A stretch of DNA of 64,000 nucleotides from Eledone cirrhosa (taxonomy: Eukaryota), in the NCBI GenBank assembly GCA_964016885.1, contig OZ024742.1, positions 242,668,001-242,732,000 of the forward strand, given 5' to 3'. The notes beneath the pieces were generated by a model. That model saw only the letters and a program-made list of their open reading frames with translations, made no database searches and was not told where the DNA came from. The position numbers were made by a program, and so were the translations under genes. Below, piece by piece: positions 1 through 11,620 of this stretch (position 1 is the first letter of the stretch; each line of letters starts with the position of its first letter).

Positions 1-18
1 AAAGTATATTATATTATT

Positions 19-62
19 GTAATGCACTGGGTGATTGCTGGCCTTGTGCCTGGAGTGGAGAC
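19..62 (+). mobile_element. 3' tail of tRNA-derived SINE, followed by an ATT/TAA tail in which the Dong-like element sits
   Basis: GTAATGCACTGGGTGATTGCTGGCCTTGTGCC...GAGAC matches the 3' end of the SINE copy at 36415-36592. Confidence 0.75.
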
Positions 63-75
63 AATTATTAATAAT

Positions 76-3000
76 TTCATTCTTAAGCCACGCAATGCTC
101 ACATTAAGGAACCACTCATGATAATAACAATTTTAAAAAAAACAACAAAAAGAAAACCCCGTGACCAAGAAATACCGGGATGGCGGCCGGCGGGGAATAG
201 CCATGTCTCTAGGGGAGAACGACCCCTCTAGTCTTGGTTGACACTCGTTCTAGAAGTGGTAACACGAAATGATTACCCCTTGGCGGATAAGGATAAAACG
301 CGACAAAATAAAGTAGATGTCTAATGATGAAATCTCATACCGGATCGGCCGTCACCCGGGTAAAAAAGGGCCGCGTCCCTCAGAGAGGAACCAGACTGGG
401 GTCGAAAAATCAGCTAATGGTTCAAACCTTCCCATCACTTCGGAGCTGGAGACCTCCCATAACCGGAATACTCCTACTGTTGGCCCTCCATGCTCACCAC
501 CAAGAAATCCAAAGAAAAAGAGAGAAAAATGGTCAAGGGAAGATAATAAAGAAGTCCTTGAGGCTTTCTACACTGCCATGTACTACCCATCAAATACATC
601 GAATACAGAACAAACATATATCAACTGGAAAAAGAAACATCCCGAAAACAGATGCTATATTGACAGTAACAAACTAGCCAATATACGAAGAAATATTGTA
701 AGAAAAAAGTTACTAACTGATATAGAAATTGATCAGATCAAGCTGGTAGCACAAAGTCAGCGAAGGGAAAATGAAGCATGTGTCAGTGAAAACGAGGTAA
801 ACTGTAACACTTCGAATCCCAGGGTTGGGGCGGAATCACTGGCAACAGAACAAATTAAAGAAAGGAGCGAAAAAGTGGAGGGAGTGCATGCTCAGGATGA
901 AACTCCAAATGAAAATAATGAGATCGTAAATGATAAAGAAATGAATGAGAATGAACTTGCCAACTTGAAGGATGAAATTATGATCGAATGGATGAAAATG
1001 AAAGAATCTGACATGGGGGAACGAGACACCCTCCCTAAGATCCAGAACTCCAAACAGAACCAAAAGATAATACACAAGACTAACATAATTCTCAAAAACA
1101 TTATCATCACAAACAAACTAAACATTACTGACTTAAATCATCTCTATTATGCATCGGCTAAAGTCACCACTCACTTATGTGGAGTGAAGATGAAAAAACA
1201 AAGGAATTCCCACAAGAAATCTACTTGGCAAGATAACATCAATCGCCAAATAAACCTTCTCCGATCTGACATAGAAATTTTAACAAACTATAAAGTAGGT
1301 GAACATGTTAAACAAACTAAACTTAGAAAATTGAAAAAAAAGTACAGTATAAGATCAACATGTGACATAGACATGCTGATAGAAACAATCAAGCAAAAAG
1401 TGTCGGCCAAAGCTGCTCGTATAAGGCGCTTTGAAAAACGATCTAGATTCTATAAGGACAATAATATGTTCAAAAACAACCAAAGAAACTTCTACAGAAA
1501 AATTGGTAAGTCAACAGTAACTGCTAAATCAATACCACCCAAGGAGGAAGTGCAAGAATTCTGGGAAAAGATCTGGGCCGAAGAAAAAGTTCATAACATA
1601 CATGCCCCATGGATAGACAGACAAATGAAAGAAACAGCTCACCTTGAAGAACAAACATGGGGAAATATAACAGTTGAACAGCTACGCTTGGCTCTAAGAA
1701 AAACCAGCAAATGGAAATCCCCAGGAAAAGACAAAATACAAAACTTTTGGATAAATGCCTTCACAGAGTCTCATGAGCTGTTAGCCCAACTTTACAATGA
1801 AATAGTTAAGGAGCCAGAAAAGATACCATCATGGCTAGTTAACGGCATTACATTCCTGCTACCGAAGAATGATGAGACAAACAATCCCAAAAATTACAGA
1901 CCGATAACCTGCTTGACCACAATGTATAAAATTTTAACATCAGTCCTAACTGAATACACATATGACCACCTGATAACAAATGATCTATTTCCCATTGAGC
2001 AGAAAGGGTGTAAACGAGGCTCATATGGCTGTAAGGATCAGCTTCTGGTTAACAAAATGATACTGGAAGATTGTCATAATAGACACAAAAATCTATCGAT
2101 TGCTTGGATAGATTATAAAAAAGCATTTGATAGTTTGCCACACAGTTGGATTGAAAAATGTTTAGAGATTTTCAAAATATCCCCCGTTGTCAGGAGGTTT
2201 TTGTCATTCGGTATGAGGACATGGAGAACGACACTCCTTTTGAATAGTGAAACAAAATCACTGGAAGCTGGAGAAGTTAACATTAATTGTGGAATTTTTC
2301 AGGGTGACTCTTTATCACCGCTTTTATTCTACATCGCACTTATACCATTAAGTAAAATGCTCAATGAAACAAAACATGGATATAGAGTCTATGACAAAAC
2401 CATTAATCACCTGTTCTACATGGATGACCTGAAACTATTTGCAAAAAATGATGAACAATTGCAAGGGCTATTATCCACTGTGAAGCAGTTCAGTGATGAC
2501 ATTAAAATGGAGTTTGGACTGGATAAATGCGCCAAAGCAACGTTCACCAGAGGAAAGCTGCTGAAGAGTTCAGACATTAATCTTGATCGGGGGAACGTGA
2601 TAAGAGAGCTTGATCAAGAACAAACTTACAAATATCTAGGTGTTTGTGAAGGAGACGGAATCAAGCACTCGACAATGAGGGAAAGGATAAGGAAGGAATG
2701 TTACCGCAGAGTCAGAGCAATCTTAAGAACGGAATTGAATGCAAGGAATAGGATCGATGCCATAAACACGCTTGCCATACCAGTAGTAACCTACAGTTAC
2801 AATGTCATCAACTGGTCAAGCACAGAGATCCGTAGGTTCGATACAAAAATCCGAAAATTCTTAACCATGCACAGAATGCATCACCCTAAGGCAGACATAG
2901 ATAGAATATATCTCCCTAGGAAAGAAGGAGGACGTGGGTTAATCCAGTTAGACATTGCGTTGAAAACTGCAACAATTGGATTATCCACATATCTAAGGGA

Positions 3001-4108
3001 ATCACATGATTGGATGATCAAACTCGTTTTGAAACACGAAAGCACCAAAAGATCATATTCCATTACAAAAGATGCACAAAGATACAGTAATGGACTACAA
3101 ATTTCAGAAGTCCCATTTACTGCTGAAATGGAAAACACAGAAAAAGCAAAGCAGGTAAAAGTAACTGCAAAGAAAGAACTGCTACAGAAACTGGCTAAGA
3201 AATGGCAAGAAAAGCCTCTGTATGGAAAATACCCAGAGCGAGCTAACAATCCTGATGTTGACAAAACTTTAACCCATCAGTGGTTGGCATCCTCTGGACT
3301 GAAATCGGAGACTGAAGGACTGATTATATCCGCACAAGATCAGTGTCTGCCAACAAAAAATTACCAAGCCAACGTAATAAAAAATGGGTGCAGCCCATTA
3401 TGCCGTGTATGCAAAAAACAACCAGAGACCATTGACCATATAATTTCAATGTGCAGTCCTATAGCTCCAACCGAATACCTAAACAGGCATGACAGAGCTG
3501 CACAATACATACATTGGATAATGTGTAAGCATTTTGACCTGCCCCATCAAAAGAATTGGTGGGAGCATCAACCACCTCCCATACTTGAAAAAGATCACAT
3601 CTCAATCTTGTGGAACTTTAGCATCCAAACAGACCGAAAAATAGATGCAAATAGACCTGATATAATATTGAAGGACTTTCAAAGGAGGGTATGCCTGCTA
3701 ATTGATATGTCTGTTCCAATAGACAAGAATGTATCTATAAAAACATTTGAAAAATTGAGCAAGTATAAGGACCTGGAGATAGAAATTGGAAAAATGTGGA
3801 AATTGAGAACTAAAACAATACCAGTGGTTGTAGGCGCTCTGGGAATGATACCTAAGGGGTCTAACGACTACTTATCGCAAATCCCAGGAAACCCGCGTAT
3901 AGGAGAAATACAAAAGATAGTACTAATGGGAACTGCCCATATACTAAGGAAGATCCTGTCAATATAAGTACATCACAAGTCTAAACACTAAGGATGCATG
4001 TGTGAATATGTATGTTCTTTCTTGAACATGGCGGACCTTGTTGTCTCTTGAGGTCACTGGTTGTGACTTGGTGATAACTCGTATAAACATAAAGCAAGAT
4101 AAATGCAA
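76..4108 (+). mobile_element. Full-length RLE-type non-LTR retrotransposon (R4/Dong-like, family Dong-A)
   Basis: ~240-nt 5' UTR, single long ORF, 140-nt 3' UTR ending ...GATAAATGCAA; short ATT/TAA run at 63-75 and (TAA)n at 4109-4125. Confidence 0.88.
317..3967 (+). CDS. Reverse transcriptase / restriction-like endonuclease protein, 1216 aa, uninterrupted
   Basis: RT motifs KSPGKD, NYRPITCL, WIDYKKAFDS, GIFQGDSLSPLLF, HLFYMDDLKL, YKYLG; CCHC finger CRVC..ETIDHIISMC; RHD; PD-(D/E)xK nuclease RPDII..LIDMSVP..K..KY. Confidence 0.95.
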   Translation: MSNDEISYRIGRHPGKKGPRPSERNQTGVEKSANGSNLPITSELETSHNRNTPTVGPPCSPPRNPKKKREKWSREDNKEVLEAFYTAMYYPSNTSNTEQTYINWKKKHPENRCYIDSNKLANIRRNIVRKKLLTDIEIDQIKLVAQSQRRENEACVSENEVNCNTSNPRVGAESLATEQIKERSEKVEGVHAQDETPNENNEIVNDKEMNENELANLKDEIMIEWMKMKESDMGERDTLPKIQNSKQNQKIIHKTNIILKNIIITNKLNITDLNHLYYASAKVTTHLCGVKMKKQRNSHKKSTWQDNINRQINLLRSDIEILTNYKVGEHVKQTKLRKLKKKYSIRSTCDIDMLIETIKQKVSAKAARIRRFEKRSRFYKDNNMFKNNQRNFYRKIGKSTVTAKSIPPKEEVQEFWEKIWAEEKVHNIHAPWIDRQMKETAHLEEQTWGNITVEQLRLALRKTSKWKSPGKDKIQNFWINAFTESHELLAQLYNEIVKEPEKIPSWLVNGITFLLPKNDETNNPKNYRPITCLTTMYKILTSVLTEYTYDHLITNDLFPIEQKGCKRGSYGCKDQLLVNKMILEDCHNRHKNLSIAWIDYKKAFDSLPHSWIEKCLEIFKISPVVRRFLSFGMRTWRTTLLLNSETKSLEAGEVNINCGIFQGDSLSPLLFYIALIPLSKMLNETKHGYRVYDKTINHLFYMDDLKLFAKNDEQLQGLLSTVKQFSDDIKMEFGLDKCAKATFTRGKLLKSSDINLDRGNVIRELDQEQTYKYLGVCEGDGIKHSTMRERIRKECYRRVRAILRTELNARNRIDAINTLAIPVVTYSYNVINWSSTEIRRFDTKIRKFLTMHRMHHPKADIDRIYLPRKEGGRGLIQLDIALKTATIGLSTYLRESHDWMIKLVLKHESTKRSYSITKDAQRYSNGLQISEVPFTAEMENTEKAKQVKVTAKKELLQKLAKKWQEKPLYGKYPERANNPDVDKTLTHQWLASSGLKSETEGLIISAQDQCLPTKNYQANVIKNGCSPLCRVCKKQPETIDHIISMCSPIAPTEYLNRHDRAAQYIHWIMCKHFDLPHQKNWWEHQPPPILEKDHISILWNFSIQTDRKIDANRPDIILKDFQRRVCLLIDMSVPIDKNVSIKTFEKLSKYKDLEIEIGKMWKLRTKTIPVVVGALGMIPKGSNDYLSQIPGNPRIGEIQKIVLMGTAHILRKILSI

Positions 4109-4379
4109 ATAATAATAATAATAATGTTTTCTTTATTAACCACAAGGGTTTACATAAAGTAGACATTAAGGACAGTACAGGACAATACAGGAGGGTACAA
4201 AAGGGCATTTCTGCGTGTAAAAAAAAACAAGAAACAGAGGATGTAATAATAGAACAATGAAAAAATTCCCCAATATGGGTGGAGACCTCCAAGAGACATT
4301 CATGGAGAAAGCCCATTAAAAAGCCACAGTGACCCTGACCACTAGGGCAAGTGCCCTCTCCCAGTTTTCCACCTTTAAT

Positions 4380-7300
4380 TTACAGACACATACTCAGAGT
4401 AGGCCCATTCACTCGGGCCATTCTTGCCTCTCTCACCCATCTTTCAGCAAAATGCTGGGAAAAGAGCACTTCCCCTCTACCCTGATTTTCCTTTTCAAAT
4501 GAAATTTGAAAATGTTAATCAGGGCATCACCGAAGAGGTAAATGCTCGTCTTCAGCCCTTTCAAACGTGTCCACCATACTATCTCTTTCGCCATGGCCAC
4601 CACGAGACAGATAAAAACTGCCTGCCCTTCCCGGCTAAAGGAAGAGGGCGGGGCAATCCTCACGATGGACTCAGCTGATAGCTGGATCCGTCCTACACGC
4701 GACAGCAGGTGTTCTACATAAACCCACAAGTCAGCAATACTCGGACACTGGACGAGTGCGTGCAGGACGGTTTCGTCGCCCTGCGCGCATCTCGGACATG
4801 CGCGGCCGACGGCACCTCCATGCCTGTAGAGTTTATCCCGAACTGGCAAAGCTCCTCGGTAGCACTGCCAGGCCAGGGATTTCTGGAAGTTGTCCATAGG
4901 CCCCGGCCCGAAATTTCTTCCGAAGAGATTGGCTAGTTGATTTTCGTCGACGCCTAGAGTTTCCCCAAGTACGTCGTCGCTCTTCCCCTACACTAATCCT
5001 CTATAGAACGCCAAGGTGGAGTTTCCACCGATCACATTGCCCGATTGGTCGAGGGCTGTGAGCGCCTGAAGACATTCCAGTCTCCAAGCGCTCCCTCTCG
5101 GTCTTCGCTTGACCCAGGACTGTAGCTTCGTCAAGGAGACGAGCTGGGGAAAGACCCGTCTAGAAAATGGCGACCACACCTGGTCAACGTCGAGGAAGAG
5201 GTGGAGATGCCGTAGCATGAACGCGTATCTGCGCATCATCAGCCACGGCATTCCCAGCTCTCCACGTAGCAGGTGTTGACAGCAGATGGACCGCCTGACC
5301 ATCGGAGCGCGTCCCTTCCACAAAAGGCGAAAGAGCAAACGCTCCAGCGCAGTCTGGCGGGGCTTAGGATAAGGTACGACGGTCAGGCGGTAGTAGATGA
5401 CGGACGCGATGTACGCGTTAGCCCCCTCCGCTAGACCTTTCAGGGATAGCTTCCTCTCCGCCCATTTCTGGGTGAGAGAAGCCAACCTGGTCGTCACCTC
5501 GTCCCAATTTTAGTCCGTCTGGAGGTCCGGACCGAAACAGACCCCGAGCAATTTAACTGGTCCGTTCGTCCAGCGCCCGACGACGCTGTTGGACGGCATG
5601 GACCTGCCTCTCCAGGTGCCGAGCTCCAGGCCCACTGACTTTTCCTGGTTGATCATTCCTCCTGTCACCGCTTCGTATTCTCTTAGTGTAGTGCCGATCG
5701 CCTCGATGTGTTTAACATTCGACACCACTATGGTGACATCATCCGCATATGCTGACACGGATCTTCCGCATCCTAGTTCGCACGGGACCCCCCTCAACGT
5801 CTCCATTTGTGCAGTAATGGCTCGAGAGTCAATACGTACAAGAGGGACGAGAGGGGACATCCTTGGCGGACCCAGCGCATGATGTTGAACGGTTCCGGAA
5901 GGTGACCGTTCACTCTCACCACAGAGCAGATGTCGCTGTGCATGGCAGCGATCTAGCCTCTGAAGACGGGCCCAAAGCCAGCCACCCTCAGGACTGCTGC
6001 TAGGTAACGATGGTCGACCCTATCGAAAGCTTTCGACTGATCTAAATTGATCAAGGACCCACCCGTGCCAGGTTCCCTAGCTACCCTCTTTACGATGTAT
6101 CGCATGAGGTGGAGGTTGTCGTGATGGATCTGTCGGGAATGGCGCACGTCTGCGCCTCTCCCACCAGACCACCAACGACAAGCGCCAACCTCTTTGCTAG
6201 CACCTTGGCCAAAATCTTGAACTCTGTGTTTAGCAGAGTTATGGGCCTGAAATTATCTATCTTATCCCCCTTGTTCGGATCCTTTCTCAGCAGCGCAAAC
6301 AGCTCCTCGGCACACAGAGCTGGGAATTCTCCCGTTCTGTTGCCAGTTGCAATAGACGTCCGCCAAGAGGCCTCCGAACAAGTCTGGCTTCTGTATGTAA
6401 AGTTCATAGAGCAGACCATCCAAACCAGGTGATTTGCACCTTGTGCAGCCAGTCATTGCCTCCCGTACTTCAGCGGCTGGTATCGGCTTTTCGCAACACT
6501 CCGCCTCAGTGGCCGAGAGCCGCGGCAGTCTGTCGAGTTAGACACTAAAGTCCATCCCCCGATCCGGCCCGCCGCTGTCCCCGAACAGCTGGGCGAAGTG
6601 TCGCTGGGAAGCTTCACACATTTGACCGGGATCGAGTAGCATGCGCCCGTCGTGGTCCACCAAAAACGGGATCGTGGCTTTGTTGCCACGATGCGCCTCT
6701 GCCACTCGGGCCCATTGAACGGCTTTCGTCCCCTCGTGTCTGAGAGCACGCACCCTAGTTCTGACAACGCAGCCTTTGTGCTTTGCATTGAAGAATTGGT
6801 CAAGGGCCAATTTCGCCGCAAGTACGTCGGTCGCAATGCCTTTGCTAAGCGCCTCGTCTAATTTTCTAACTAGTTCTCCCTCTACTCTATTTTTCTCTAT
6901 TGCTAAAGCCTTACTAAACCTAATGGATTCTATAATAATCGCTCTTTTCAGAGCAAACCACCACTTATTGTTGACGATGGCCCCAATCCACGCTCGCTTA
7001 ACTAGTTCGCTAATCCGGTCTCTGTAGGCCTTGCGCGCTGGTAAAGACGCGTTTAGCTTCCAGTAGCCGGGTCCTCGTCTATGAAGCCTATCTAAATCAA
7101 GCACACAGATCACGAATTTGTGGTCCGTGTAGCTGACTATCTTGAATTGTGGACAGCCTATGCTAGACCTATCTATTTCCCTACAAAATCCTCTATCTAG
7201 ATATGATCTGGATGACCCGATACGGTTTGTCCAAGTCCACATTGGCACATTCGGGAAATCCAATCGGTACCTGTCAGACAGTTCAAAACGCCTGAGCAGG

Positions 7301-7799
7301 TTGGTGAGGCTCTTGCACCATCCTCCCTATCCGTTAATCCCACACAGTCCGAGCGTGCATCTAAGATCCCGTTCCAGTCGCCCACTAACACTAAAGAGCG
7401 GGACCTTCCAAGAAAGGTCTCCAGACGCCGGAAGAAATCAGGCCACCCTGCTCCTGTCGGGGCAGAGACGGCCACTAGCCTGAAAGCTTGCCCGTCTCCG
7501 CTGGTCACGTCCAGCACCACCAACTCACCTTCTGAGTCCAGGAAGATGGCCCGTATGGCGAGATCCAAACATCTCCGAAAAAGCACAGCAACTCCTCCCC
7601 CCGATCCAGGACGGCTGGGAGATGCGTACACATCGTAGCCGCCGAAGATCGGTGCGAAGGCCCGTGCTTCGGAGATTCTGGTCTCGCTGATGGCCACTAC
7701 ATCTATGTTTAGTGACCTGAGGTCGTTGAGCAGGTGGCCCTGCTTCCATGACGACCCCAAGCCACGCGCATTTATGCTGCCTATTCTGAGTGAGGTCAT
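4380..7799 (-). pseudogene. Tx1-A1 ORF2 (APE endonuclease + RT + C-terminal zinc finger), frameshifted
   Basis: SINARGL, AISET, LVGDWN, SYLDR, TDHK, YWKLN, KSPGLDGL, NFRPITLLN, LDQSKAFDRV, SAYADD, CPRC..ETVLHALVQC, spread over several ORF-track fragments. Confidence 0.9.
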
Positions 7800-7833
7800 G
7801 TTGAAATGGAGTGGAAAAGATGGGAAAGACCAC

Positions 7834-9781
7834 TTACCTTACTTCTCGTAGAGGAAGGATAGTTTCTCCATCCTTTTCACTGCTTTTGGCCTCCTCCGGA
7901 AGGATGTCCTTATAAATCCGCCTGGAGAGTCCTTGTCGGAAGTCTCCGATGTCTTTGGGGAATTTTTGTTTTAGTGTCGTGTACGTTTTCTGTGTAATGC
8001 GAGTGATTTGTATGTGTGGAGGTGGTGTGAAATTTTGGGTTGTTGTGTAGTCTTTTTCTGTGATGCTGGTGTTGTGTTGGATGTAGTGTAATAATTGGTT
8101 GTTCAAATTTAATGCTGTGTAGTGTGTATCGTTTTGGTTGTTTTGTTTTGTTTGCGTGTTGTGGGTTTGTTTCTGTTTCGCTTTTTGGTGACTTTTGTGG
8201 TGTTGGTGATGGTGGTGTTGGGGTTAATGATGGTTATGGTGTTGGTGTTTGTGGTGATGGGGTTGGTGATGCTGGTGTGGATGGCGGCATATCTATCCTA
8301 ACCTTTTTGTTTGATAGTTTATTTGTTTCCCTCTGTATTTTGTTTTTGGAGGTGGAGGAAAGAGAATTTTTTTTCTTTTTTGGTTTCTTTTTTTCTTTTT
8401 GCCTGATACTGTTTCCCACTCCTCGTCGTCACAATCTGTCTCCAGTTGTGATAGGCCGGGGACTTGAAAATCCTCCACAGGCGTTGGTTTTGGTTGTGGC
8501 GTGGTGGATGGTGTAGGAGCTGGTGCTAGTTCTGGCGCGTTGGGTGGTGGTGGTGTTGGTTTTGCTACTGTTGCTGGGATTGTTACTGTTACAGTTGCTT
8601 CTGTTGTTGCTGCTACAGTTGTTGCTGCCATTTTTGCTGCGGGTGGTGTTGATGGTTGAGTCACTGGGGTAGGTAAGAGAGGTGGCCCCAACCTTTTAGC
8701 TTGAGGGCAGAAAGCCCTTAGGTGGGTTCCTTCACCACAAACGACACACCTAGGCCTTCTGCCCTCGACGATTGCGGTGAGGTGGCTGCCGTCAGTGAGG
8801 TCTATTACCTCTGGGATCTCCTCAATGCTTTTTTGATCCGCTTGGATCAGGAGCTCCATCCCAGATCCGGACCAGTTCTCCTGCTTTTCTTTCGCTATTT
8901 CGATTATCTTGGTGTTGGCTTGGATGCCGGCGAGGACGGCAGCTATTAGCCAAGGAATTTCGATGGCCGGTGGAACGTGGCTGAGCCTGATCTTCACGAG
9001 TCTCTGGCCACAATAGCTTGGGACGAATGTGATGTCGTCACTTCTTAATGGGGCCATGGAGTGTTCTCTGGCCTCCTGTGGTGTTTCAAAGAACACGTCC
9101 ACGGTTCCATACTTCTGCCCACGTCTGATGTGGGGGTTTTTTGCCCACACATGTCCCAAAGCTTCTTGGATTTGAGACTCGGATGCCCGTTCCACTCGGC
9201 GCGATTTTATATTAATTATTCGATAAGACACGGTGCATAGGCGCCGATGCTCTATTTTATTAGGTGGGGGTGAGACTGACCCTGTACCCATCTTTCTTTA
9301 CCGTTTTTTTGGTTTCTTCTAATTCCTCCTGAGTTACCTGAAATGCTTCGCACTGTTTTGCTACTCTGGCAAAACTCAGGGTGGTTTTCTTAATGTCATT
9401 GTTGCTGTTGTTGTTATCGTTATTTTTGTTATTATTAATTTTTGTTTCAGTTGTGGTGGTGGTGGCGTCAGTGGTGTTCGGTGTGGAAGAGTTCATTTTG
9501 GTTGAATGCATTTCGATATCACGAGTTAATTTATTTTTTTCTTTTGTTTCTATTGTCGCGGTGGTGGTGGGGGTGGTGGTTGTCGCGGTGGTGGTGGTGG
9601 TGGTGGCGGCTTTAACACCTGCAGTCATTGGTAATGGTGGGAAATGAATGTCTGCCTGAGACAAATTTAAAATATTGCTACTGCTTATATCTTTAGTGTT
9701 GGCAAACGTAGTAATATTTACAATGGTGGTGTCGGTGTGAGGTGTTAGTTTGGGAGAAAGGATTGACTCTGAATCAGCCAT
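7834..9781 (-). pseudogene. Tx1-A1 ORF1 (zinc-knuckle RNA-binding protein), frameshifted
   Basis: Fragments 9260-9781, 8293-9291 and 7834-8106; CCHC knuckle CVVCGEGTHLRAFC; T/P-rich linkers. Confidence 0.8.
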
Positions 9782-9996
9782 GATGTTTCAAAGAAAAATT
9801 TTTGTTTGATAATTATAAAAGTTTAAATTTTGGGCTCAAGTCCCCCAATCTTTTTGTGTGTCCTATTCGGAAAACAATGTATGTGCATTTATATACATTT
9901 AACAATAAAAAATTTCCATAAATGGAAATTTTAAACAAATGAAAACAACAAACCTTTGCGGAGCTCACGATGATACGATTTACTACGTAGGTCGCC

Positions 9997-10032
<36 letters not shown>

Positions 10033-10037
<5 letters not shown>

Positions 10038-10280
10038 TTACTTATCGCAAATCCCAGGAAACCCGCGTATAGGAGAAATACAAAAGATAGTACTAATGGG
10101 AACTGCCCATATACTAAGGAAGATTCTGTCAATATAAGTACATCACAAGTCTAAACACTAAAGATGCATGTGTGAGTATGTATGTTCTTTCTTGAACATG
10201 GCGGACCTTGTTGTCTCTTGAGGTCACTGGTTGTGACTTGGTGATAACTCGTATGAACATAAAGCAAGATAAATGCAACT

Positions 10281-10281
<1 letters not shown>
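10033..10281 (+). mobile_element. 5'-truncated copy of Dong-A (last ~250 nt)
   Basis: Near-identical to 3862-4108; (TAA)n on both sides. Confidence 0.92.
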
Positions 10282-10357
<76 letters not shown>

Positions 10358-10748
10358 AAGAAGCATTTATGCATACATACATATATACATACATACACAC
10401 ATACATAGATACATGCATATATGCATACAAACATATATACATAAATACATACATACATGCATGCATATATGCATACATACATACATACATACATACATAC
10501 ATACATACATACATACATACATACATACATACATACATACATACATGCATGCATATATGCATGCATACATACATACATGCATACATACACACAAACATAC
10601 ATAGATACTTACAAACATACATATATACATGCATACATATATACATACATACATACATACATACATACATGCATATATGCATAGATACATACATACATGC
10701 ATACATACATAAAACATACATAGATACTTACAAACATACATATATACA
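10282..10748. repeat. Compound microsatellite (TAA)n-(GAA)n-(CATA)n
   Basis: Directly visible. Confidence 0.95.
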
Positions 10749-11317
10749 TGGTGGCTGCCAACTCGTTTTCGAGTACGGCCACTACTTTATATCCATGTAG
10801 GAGAACCCCTACCGATGCGCTGAACGAGTGTGACTTTTTAGTCCAGCCAGCGACTTGAAAACTCTGGTACAAATACTAAACTTGTGACAATTATTGACAC
10901 ATAGTGCTGGGCCAATGGTACCATGTGACGACAAGTGCAGAGAGATCTCCACATATAAAGCAATGCCTGTGCCGTGAAGCTTTTATAGTGAGCAAAGGCA
11001 CTGCACAAAGCCAGTCCCACTCTCTTAACCAAGATGATATTTACCAAAAAGAAGAACAAGTCAACATCATTGGATACCATCAGGGTTGCAGGTGTTATAT
11101 CATAGTTTTCCTTCTCCTAGAATTCTGCCTTGACAAAGGCTAAGGGGTCATCTCTCCCGGTGATTTTGGATGGCCATTGACTCTTAAGAGCTCCTTTGCC
11201 CTTTGACAGGTTTTGTTTTTAGTCCTGCATGATGTCCAAAGTCACCCTCCTCACCAAGAAACCTTGGTGGGTTTGCCAGTTTAGTCGCCAACGACCCGAC
11301 CATGAGATAGGTTGTAC
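10749..11317 (-). mobile_element. Non-autonomous bipartite RTE derivative, slightly 5'-truncated
   Basis: RTE-type 5'-UTR motif CTAGGAGAAGGAAAACT joined to an RTE ORF C-terminal remnant (CTRVFKSLAGLKSH); near-identical to 19365-19969 and 20216-20825; tail (ATGT)n. Confidence 0.75.
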
Positions 11318-11557
11318 ATATATACATACATACATGCATATATGCATACATAAATACAAACATACATAGATACTTACAAACATACATATATACAAGCATA
11401 CATATATACATACATACATGCATACATACATATATGCATACATACATGCATACATGCATACATGCATAAATGCATACATACATACATAAAAACATGCATA
11501 CAAACATACATACATACATACATACATACATACATACATACATACATACATACATAC

Positions 11558-11588
<31 letters not shown>

Positions 11589-11620
11589 TACATAAATACA
11601 TACATACATGCATACATCCA

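Larger units (their letters stand above)
4126..9996 (-). mobile_element. Tx1/L1-clade non-LTR retrotransposon, family Tx1-A copy 1 (full length, decayed)
   Basis: ORF1 and ORF2 on the minus strand; 3' end CCCTTGTGGTTAATAAAGAAAAC directly abuts (ATT)n; 5' end abuts (TAA)n at 9997-10035. Confidence 0.9.

Noticed and set aside
385-425. HDV-like ribozyme suggested by GCTAA-TGGTTC pairing with GAACCA
   Set aside because: No room for P1 3' strand, P1.1 and P4 in HDV order; kept only as part of the structured 5' region
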